From a virus (lineage: Duplodnaviria; Heunggongvirae; Uroviricota; Caudoviricetes), in IMG/VR virus record IMGVR_UViG_3300014043_000277: a stretch of 64,000 nt of DNA; one strand, 5' to 3'. Below the pieces are notes generated by a model. The model worked only from the letters and a program-made list of their open reading frames with translations, had not been told where the DNA came from and searched no databases. Made by a program: the position numbers and the translations under genes. Position 1 is the first letter of the stretch. The number at the start of each line of letters is the position of its first letter. This document shows positions 58,401 to 64,000 of this stretch, in pieces.

Positions 58401-59848
58401 GCACTGCCATTCCACATTAAATATGAATGAGAAACATTATCCGAACCCTCACCGGTATCAGAACCAGCCTGAGTCATCGTGTAAATGATATAATACCAGT
58501 CATTGTAAACATTTGCATTCGTTTTAATCTTAGATGATGAATGATAATCACCGCATCCTGATCCCATGCCATCATGGACATCAGTCATCAAATCCAATTG
58601 ATATAATGCAATGTTATGATAAACAGGGCTTCCCTTGCATAGTTCGCCTGTTGACGCCGCTGTAAGGCTCACGCCTGCATTCTCCCATATTTTACCAACC
58701 TCATCCTTATCCTTAACGGATGTGACAAGTTCAGATTGGTTATAGGTTCCGACTTGTTGACCTTCCAACGCCTCATAACTCATGCCGAACTGACCCTGCG
58801 CCCATGGTTCCAGCATGAATGCCTTCCATATTTTGCATGTGCTCATGCGCGCATCAATGGCAAGATGATCACTCATGTTAATGCTCTTATTCGGATCAAT
58901 AAGGCATAATGTCGCTGGATTAGCAGTTGTATCCACTTCTTTCACTTCTGACGTGTTCTCAGTTGACAGGCAGGACCGCCCATTCAATGATTCAATGACA
59001 CATGAACCCAGCATGACCGATGCATTCATTGGCGCGGCTGCGACAAGCATAGGATTGGATAACACTATGACGCCAAGAATGAATGACAGTATCGCCCATC
59101 CGAGGCCGAACCATGCATTCCTTGTCTGTCCTTTAACAATGCCTTTCCACAGCATCCAGACAGCGACAGTGACGAAAACAACACTGGCAAGACCAAGATA
59201 TAAACCATGATAAAGATTACCTATGATTCCACCGTCATCGGAACCATCTCCGCCGATTATTCCAATCAGATTAACGCAGAAACCAGTAGGATTCTTAGGA
59301 TCCTGACAAATAAGATTCGGGTTCACTGCCCATGTTACGAACATACTTGTGAATTTGACAACCAGACTTGATATGAACAATATTATATTCGCAAGCATTG
59401 ACATGAGAGATTTAGTTACGCAACCGATTCCATCATGCTGCTCATCAGCCATTTCCTGGACGGCTTTTTTCTTATCGTCATCCGTTGCGTTTTTCAACTG
59501 GCCGAAATCAAAAACGCCTTTCTTATCATCCGCGACATTCTTGCCATTCCATGTCGTCCATACAAGAGACCCGGAATACACATCCATCGCGGAATATTTA
59601 CCACCTGAATCCATGATGGTGTCAGTGCCGTCAGTCAAGGAATCCTTAGATGAACGATATGACGTTTCAAGACCAAGATCGGAACCGCACATCAAATCAT
59701 TAATGAATGCAAGCGCGTTTGAATTATTAGCGAAAGCGACGGGAACGACAAGCGCCATTGTCATCAATGCCACCATAATGGATACAATTATCCGTTTCAA
59801 GCCTCCTGCGCGATAAGTAACATCGCCGTGTCCCACATAAGATGTCAT
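55457..59848 (-). CDS. Giant VirB6/TrbL-like protein (paralog 3, 1463 aa)
   Basis: Same core motif MSTCKIWKAFMLEPWAQGQFG; TM clusters; Ala-rich helical tail. Confidence 0.7.
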   Translation of the reverse strand: MTSYVGHGDVTYRAGGLKRIIVSIMVALMTMALVVPVAFANNSNALAFINDLMCGSDLGLETSYRSSKDSLTDGTDTIMDSGGKYSAMDVYSGSLVWTTWNGKNVADDKKGVFDFGQLKNATDDDKKKAVQEMADEQHDGIGCVTKSLMSMLANIILFISSLVVKFTSMFVTWAVNPNLICQDPKNPTGFCVNLIGIIGGDGSDDGGIIGNLYHGLYLGLASVVFVTVAVWMLWKGIVKGQTRNAWFGLGWAILSFILGVIVLSNPMLVAAAPMNASVMLGSCVIESLNGRSCLSTENTSEVKEVDTTANPATLCLIDPNKSINMSDHLAIDARMSTCKIWKAFMLEPWAQGQFGMSYEALEGQQVGTYNQSELVTSVKDKDEVGKIWENAGVSLTAASTGELCKGSPVYHNIALYQLDLMTDVHDGMGSGCGDYHSSSKIKTNANVYNDWYYIIYTMTQAGSDTGEGSDNVSHSYLMWNGSAGFTRASLALVSIIASFCFFMIIVGFSFENPGAAVQAIGYLFMGTILTVFAPIFMLVGIHPTTGKKIFLGWLELEIGTILKYFFIIMWISMVVEIYGAILGSTSNAGLILVFVIAMTVTLKTYQPELIEIFGNVDLGGKKLSNALGEKWKKAMRTADDLKGAAGAGALAGFMAGGGSLGDRLRSASDMGKYQFMQEGKRKGGFVGNAFQSADRIYDKRRNDAIKKAERLKEETERQDADARAAEQAAFNDFNGAAQQGLVDENGQILDYDNLNGVDIDNIAAQQVQAARDEDAAGSMAMDTINNAERQQAMEDDQKFADWYANGGADKVKFDAATGTYSAKDKNDHMAMEYAFRANQQAFNELQSQGIRKLSEDGTHYEWQFANEGDEKKYNALNAAINDKNAVDNHAEYQQYNNRDDYVRDQFEQALASGEFDGTDIAKIAAEGKDENGNTGRDRAFALAKQRAQGLQSKIDGIEAKRVSSRSALGLKAAYNEAHANAEQLHAKADQIRNIADSVTSRSSGAMWSHSEIERLNGLKQDLESKGLSGVAVPTSITDGAARMDTLKNVGNAGAGVASRAVEVGGQVASRAASAAADGAATVMGNHQANLDIHEAQERLDNANWSAASAAANGDMDAAAAYRAAAQQAQMDLTQAQQYRDAGGYRTDARQAIHDTKESVKQTAQSVADAPRRVADAAQFTAKAAADVVINKTNDVMDSFGSTRVGEAALDGAAAVSAAAHGVAEAAHYITTGNERRYERNMDTTAQAFGGTRPTGSSRQKPSASRKPESSQRPVTQTTSSAQNNPFETHSQQEPARTQEQRPAANESKQESRRSRRERPKPHVRTFAERDAEKAAARQQEMADQVAHMEALKQHQRDQISGANEANAIADYIVNPSGAGMQGQAAADYAKDVYAVQTALRNGEGLDSPVVQAAMERSGINSDELQSKIDNFGKGTISREDAKSGRHARRLSSDYFRNSRKDRK

Positions 59849-59930
59849 GTAAAATCCTCATTAGATAACCGGTTTATATCTGGATAATATCTATCAATCA
59901 GCATAAAACAATCATAATGCTTAAAATAAA

Positions 59931-59968
59931 ATAAAACCGGATAATAATGACGAATCATCCGGTTTTAT
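59931..59968 (-). terminator. Terminator-like hairpin after PIN-PhoH gene
   Basis: 12-bp arms ataaaaccggat / atccggttttat. Confidence 0.6.
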
Positions 59969-60010
59969 CATTAATATGTTCTAATGATTACATGAACGCA
60001 TGTGAGAATT

Positions 60011-61360
60011 TCATCTTCCCAGCAGATTACTGGCAAGCTGAGCGAGTTCACTGCGTTCGGATTTAGTGAAATCAATATGCGCGAACATGCGATTATCACG
60101 TAAATCATTAATGAGTTGTAATATTGATGTGGATTCTGAAATATACGGGTTATCATTCTGCAGAATGTCAAAAGTGAGAACAATGCGTGTGTTCTTACCG
60201 AGACGAGCGAGGATATCCAAAAGCGTGGTCCTATCCAATGATTGCGCATCGTCAACAATAATGAACGCATCGTCCAATGTCCGTCCACGCAGGAATGAAA
60301 TCGGGGAAACCTCCAAATCATCCTCATGGCGTTTTTTCAATGAATCCACATCAGACGCCGTTTTCTTACCGCTTGACATGCGATCAATCCTGCCGACATT
60401 ATCCCATACTGCCTGCGACCATGGAGCTATCTTATCATCAATGTCGCCCGGAAGGAAACCCATTTTCTGCTGGCCGAGTTCATACATGGAACGGAATACT
60501 ATCACCTTGTCAACCTTGCCTGCTTTCACCTCATGCATGCCTTCCGTCAATGCAAGGAATGATTTACCGGCACCGGCGACACCGCCTAGAGTAACAACCT
60601 GAATGCTCTCATCATTAAGATAACTCATCGCCATCTCCTGTTCAAGGTTCTTAGGACGGAACGCCTTGCCCATATTCACATTAGGATCCAATGCATGCAG
60701 TTCATCACCTTTCTTAATGACGTAATTTTCATTGCCGTCAGTGTCAATGATACGGATGATAAGATGATACGGCATGGAACCGCCACGCTCCTTGACTTCC
60801 GTTTCAATGAATTCAAAAATGTCATCATCATCCACATCATTCAATGGTTTGAACGCATGCATGGTATATAAGCCAGTGAATTGCTTGACGTTACTGTTAC
60901 CATATTCTGATGCTTTCAAACCGAGGCCGATATCCGCTTTCAAGCGCATTGGCAGATCATTGCTTATGATTTCAACCTCACGTCCGGTTTCCTTTTTCAA
61001 ATTAGCGGCTATCGCAAGGATTTTACTGTCATTCCTGTCATCCGCGAGTTCACCGAGAACATCCATGTTAGTATGATCGGTTTCAATGCGGACAGTGCAT
61101 CCATTATCAATCACCGCGCCGGAACCGGACAATGTTTCACCACCGAATTCCTCACGCAGTTCCTCAATGTAATGCAATACAGCTCGGCATGCCCATCCTG
61201 AACCGACATCGCCGCGATGTTCCTCCAATTCCTGCAACACTATCATGGGAATGACAATGTCACGGTCATGCATCCTATGGAAAGGTGCGTCCGCCGCGCC
61301 TATGAACACGTTAGTGTCAATGACGGAAATAATCCTGTCCTTCTTACTTCGAGCAGCCAA
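60011..61360 (-). CDS. PIN domain + PhoH ATPase fusion (PhoH2/YlaK-like)
   Basis: PIN: VIDTNV, LQELEE, NDSKIL, SNDLPMR. PhoH: GVAGAGKS, FLRGRTL, IVDDAQ, RLGKNTR, SERSELA. Confidence 0.9.
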   Translation of the reverse strand: MAARSKKDRIISVIDTNVFIGAADAPFHRMHDRDIVIPMIVLQELEEHRGDVGSGWACRAVLHYIEELREEFGGETLSGSGAVIDNGCTVRIETDHTNMDVLGELADDRNDSKILAIAANLKKETGREVEIISNDLPMRLKADIGLGLKASEYGNSNVKQFTGLYTMHAFKPLNDVDDDDIFEFIETEVKERGGSMPYHLIIRIIDTDGNENYVIKKGDELHALDPNVNMGKAFRPKNLEQEMAMSYLNDESIQVVTLGGVAGAGKSFLALTEGMHEVKAGKVDKVIVFRSMYELGQQKMGFLPGDIDDKIAPWSQAVWDNVGRIDRMSSGKKTASDVDSLKKRHEDDLEVSPISFLRGRTLDDAFIIVDDAQSLDRTTLLDILARLGKNTRIVLTFDILQNDNPYISESTSILQLINDLRDNRMFAHIDFTKSERSELAQLASNLLGR

Positions 61361-61432
61361 TTTTACAACTCCTTCATTTGAATGTTTAATTATATAATCC
61401 TGTTTATGAAACCGGATTTGAATACAATGATA

Positions 61433-62140
61433 TCAGGCAGCTGCATTCACAGGAATCCTGTTTTTCAATGAGAACCTGATTACGCCATCATCCGGGTGCC
61501 TGAACGCGGCATCCCATTTGCCGCGAATGTCAGATGCGACATTGCTTCCGAATGCAATCTGACTGTATAATGGCGTCATGCCACCAACTGTCATCATGGT
61601 ATCGCAGAATTCAGCAAGTTCACCAATGAGACGATTATTCTTACGGAAAGATTCCATCATGATGACATTGGATTCACAGCATGATGCAAGCATTCTCAAA
61701 TCATTCATTATGAGCGTTTTACGGGCATCACTGACGCCATGGAACAGTTCGCAGGGTGAAACCATAAGGATGTGCCTGTAATCTCCTGTAAGAGCCGTTT
61801 TCAAGGCTTTACGGGCATTATGAGATGATTCATTGCAATCAATGATAATGGATGCTTTCAATGATGACAATTGCATGCGATACCATTCACGCAGAATATT
61901 GAATTGTCTATCTGAGGACGGTGAGAAAAGCACCATTGCGTTCCCGTGTTTGGTCAAATCCATGATAAGCGGATGTTCCTGCGAAAAACCGAGTGATAAC
62001 CACAGCATTCCCTGATTCAACATTTGCCTTCCGACGCTTCCGAACAGATTTGACATGAACCGAATCTCCGTTCCCATTATCATGTTTTCATTCAAATAAT
62101 ATCTATCCTTAAAACTCATGAGAAACATATATGTCTTCAT
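61433..62140 (-). CDS. Possible degenerate RecA/SF4-helicase-fold protein
   Basis: KTLIMNDLRMLASCCESNVIMM and IGELAEFCDTMMTV echo the DnaB/RecA-fold C-terminal motifs; no Walker A visible. Confidence 0.45.
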   Translation of the reverse strand: MKTYMFLMSFKDRYYLNENMIMGTEIRFMSNLFGSVGRQMLNQGMLWLSLGFSQEHPLIMDLTKHGNAMVLFSPSSDRQFNILREWYRMQLSSLKASIIIDCNESSHNARKALKTALTGDYRHILMVSPCELFHGVSDARKTLIMNDLRMLASCCESNVIMMESFRKNNRLIGELAEFCDTMMTVGGMTPLYSQIAFGSNVASDIRGKWDAAFRHPDDGVIRFSLKNRIPVNAAA

Positions 62141-62275
62141 TCATGAGAACATTATTGCTATCAATCATGTGAGAGGACACCGCACTTCAGGGCGGTGATG
62201 AATCACACACGCATAACCAACTCTCTATGTAGTGCTTTCAATCGAGAATGTTATCTGATATTTTTAAATCAAACT

Positions 62276-62304
62276 TTGCATTATCCAAGATGATATGATA
62301 TTAT
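62276..62304 (+). promoter_or_regulatory. Housekeeping-sigma promoter of the tnpB remnant
   Basis: TTGCAT (62276-62281), 17 nt, TATTAT (62299-62304) with TG extension; ATG 7 nt downstream. Confidence 0.65.
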
Positions 62305-62311
62305 AGTAAGT

Positions 62312-62484
62312 ATGAGTTCATACAGGCGTTATAATTATCGGCTGCTTTGAATATTCTTGACGCGGCTGGACTAGCCGAGTCGTTAAACGCCCGTAGAGGT
62401 GATGTAAGACGGAGGCTGGCGCAAGCAAGTCGCAACGCTGACGCCAATGATGCGGGAACCCACCGAACCGCAAGCCTCCATTAA
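62312..62484 (+). pseudogene. tnpB: tnpB remnant: first ~10 codons fused out of frame to the last ~47 codons
   Basis: MSSYRRYNYR (TnpB-like start) joined at about 62341 to AALNILDAAGLAESLNARRGDVR... (post-zinc-finger NAAxNI segment). Confidence 0.8.
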
Positions 62485-62562
62485 GGCGACCAGCGTAGGA
62501 ATCCCACGCCTGAAGGCGTGGGAGGAAGTCAACATGATGAACACATTGGGCACAATAAAAAA

Positions 62563-62595
62563 AATCAGCGACAGAAGCGGTTTCTGTCGCTGATT
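62563..62595. terminator. Intrinsic terminator (possibly bidirectional)
   Basis: 14-bp perfect arms aatcagcgacagaa / ttctgtcgctgatt. Confidence 0.7.
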
Positions 62596-62629
62596 CAAAT
62601 GGAATCATATTATGTGTTCAATCAATCTA

Positions 62630-63526
62630 TCACGGATGGCTTGGGCCTGTCGCAGCGTTCAACGTTGACTGGCTCCATGCCGCGATGGCGGATTTCTTTA
62701 TCTCAAACCGCTGAACATTCCTTGTTGATGTCGTGATGTTCAAATCAGTATCATAATTAATAGTAGTGTCTTCCGTGTAATGCTGGTTCGTTATTGGATT
62801 ACCGAGGAAGAAATTGCCACACCAGTCCTTCACTTCAATGTTAATCTGATCTGACTGGCTACCTGAAACACCGCGATTGCCAGCATCGCTTCCAGTGGTT
62901 ACAGTTTCACCATTTGACAATGAATTCTGCCTATCTGACGCTTTACTGCAAGTTATCTTTATTTTGAATGCCGTGTATCCATAATCAGAATCCGCTGTTT
63001 TCACATCCATGCCTTTCGCAAGGGCAAGCTGACGATAGGTTGCAACCTGAATGGAATCCGCATTCGATGCTACATCATTATCAATATTGCCATCAGTGTA
63101 AGCATCCTCATTGTAAACACTGTCCTTCATATCTGATTCGGATGCGGAAATGAAATCATTCGCATCCGCACGGCCTGTTTTAATCAAATATGTTTTCAAT
63201 GCAAGCTGAGTGGACAAACCGACTTTACTGGAACCATCCTGACCGGTTTTCACGGCGTTCACGGCACCGTCCCTTGTCAGCCATCCTGTGTTCGTGCATT
63301 CAATGTTACCAATACCATCCTGCGCACGAATACCTGCCTGAACTGATTCCAATGCTATCTCCTCCAAATCCGAGCGGACAACCACGTTTTTTGAAAAATC
63401 GAGGCTCCATCCTATCATGAGAATGAAAAACGGGAAACAACATACGACGGTAACAATTACGGAATCCGCCTCATCGCTTGTTAATTGCGAATTCACATAT
63501 TTCAAATAATCCCTGAACATACTCAC
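62630..63526 (-). CDS. TadE/TadG-like pilus accessory protein
   Basis: N-terminal hydrophobic helix then DFSKNVVVRSDLEEIALESVQAG, typical of Tad pseudopilin N-domains; several Cys. Confidence 0.6.
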   Translation of the reverse strand: MSMFRDYLKYVNSQLTSDEADSVIVTVVCCFPFFILMIGWSLDFSKNVVVRSDLEEIALESVQAGIRAQDGIGNIECTNTGWLTRDGAVNAVKTGQDGSSKVGLSTQLALKTYLIKTGRADANDFISASESDMKDSVYNEDAYTDGNIDNDVASNADSIQVATYRQLALAKGMDVKTADSDYGYTAFKIKITCSKASDRQNSLSNGETVTTGSDAGNRGVSGSQSDQINIEVKDWCGNFFLGNPITNQHYTEDTTINYDTDLNITTSTRNVQRFEIKKSAIAAWSQSTLNAATGPSHP

Positions 63527-63534
63527 CTCCTATC

Positions 63535-64000
63535 TCAGGCAGCGCAATCACTTGCAAGGCATACTTCTGACTGTGCTGACATTCGTAGAATACCGGAATT
63601 GAAACCATGTCCTGATTCATCAGCATCTTTTGATGTTGACTCCGCATTATCATCACGAATATTATTCACATCATCAGCCTGTGAATAACCAAAATGATTC
63701 CATCCGCCAATGAGACTCATGCTTCCACCCGGAATGCCTTCATACCAGTATTTTGCCTCGCACCATGTCGCCTGACCTATTTTCTTAGTGAGATCCGGTC
63801 CGCATTTCACATCATATATATTGAAAGCAATATAACCTTTATTCTGCACAATGCCGACTGCGGTTTCGCATGCAACCATGTCATCACCTGCAACCACTTG
63901 ATGCCCGTCAGCTGTCTTAACCTGTTTAATAAAAACATCTTCAGTGCTTCCCCCACTGGCATTGGATAATGACACTCTCGTATTGCATGCATTGACATCA
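63535..64000 (-). CDS. Probable TadE-like pseudopilin, 5' end outside the window
   Basis: Frame is open to the window end; Cys-containing beta-rich domain directly upstream of the TadG-like gene. Confidence 0.45.
   Translation of the reverse strand, partial: DVNACNTRVSLSNASGGSTEDVFIKQVKTADGHQVVAGDDMVACETAVGIVQNKGYIAFNIYDVKCGPDLTKKIGQATWCEAKYWYEGIPGGSMSLIGGWNHFGYSQADDVNNIRDDNAESTSKDADESGHGFNSGILRMSAQSEVCLASDCAA

Larger units (their letters stand above)
62169..62532 (+). mobile_element. Miniature non-autonomous IS200/IS605-family element with internally deleted tnpB
   Basis: Left hairpin caccgc/gcggtg (62178-62197); right hairpin tcccacgcc-tgaa-ggcgtggga (62502-62523) preceded by GAAT and ending in TCAA (62529-62532); tnpB N- and C-terminal remnants between. 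Left boundary is approximate. Confidence 0.8.

Noticed and set aside
62318-62608. 96-aa and 71-aa minus-strand ORFs over the IS remnant
   Set aside because: Antisense to the tnpB remnant and spanning a terminator; no support as genes.
1-64000. Prophage or jumbo-phage interpretation; tRNA/rRNA genes; relaxase, VirB4 and coupling protein
   Set aside because: No capsid, terminase, portal or tail genes, and no RNA gene structures were recognised. The lysozyme domain belongs to a conjugative hydrolase. Core transfer ATPases and relaxase are not visible and presumably lie outside the window.

Overview
The window looks like a 64-kb segment of a large conjugative plasmid (megaplasmid) from a Gram-positive, probably actinobacterial host; a Bifidobacteriaceae-like host is plausible but not provable here. 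Every credible protein gene lies on the minus strand. Three gene sets are interleaved. (1) A chromosome-like replication and repair kit: SbcC (partial), SbcD, HolA-like clamp-loader delta, ThyX, DnaC/IstB-like loader, DnaB, RecB-type PD-(D/E)XK nuclease, SSB, RadA/Sms, a divergent beta-clamp and an HU-like protein. (2) A Gram-positive conjugation and envelope kit: CpaF/TadA, TadB, TadE/G-like proteins, TcpC- and TcpD-like proteins, three paralogous large VirB6-like membrane proteins, a three-domain peptidoglycan hydrolase, a class A penicillin-binding protein and a DivIVA-domain protein. (3) Accessory genes: a MoxR AAA with a metallopeptidase-VWA partner, a Clp-like ATPase, PIN-PhoH, a GNAT, and several apparent pseudoenzymes. 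Non-coding signals found by eye: a 123-bp ungapped repeat present twice 27.3 kb apart with a GTCCACA-based palindrome; two further GTCCACA-N2-TGTGGAC palindromes; a 20-bp box at identical spacing upstream of ssb and an unknown gene; a recurrent TGATATCAT extended -10 exactly 7 nt before the ATG of DNA-metabolism genes; and a roughly 360-bp internally deleted IS200/IS605 element that keeps its promoter, both ends and the presumptive TnpB guide-RNA segment. I saw no rRNA, tRNA, CRISPR array, relaxase, VirB4/VirD4 or phage structural genes. All family calls rest on motif recognition by eye, not on database searches.
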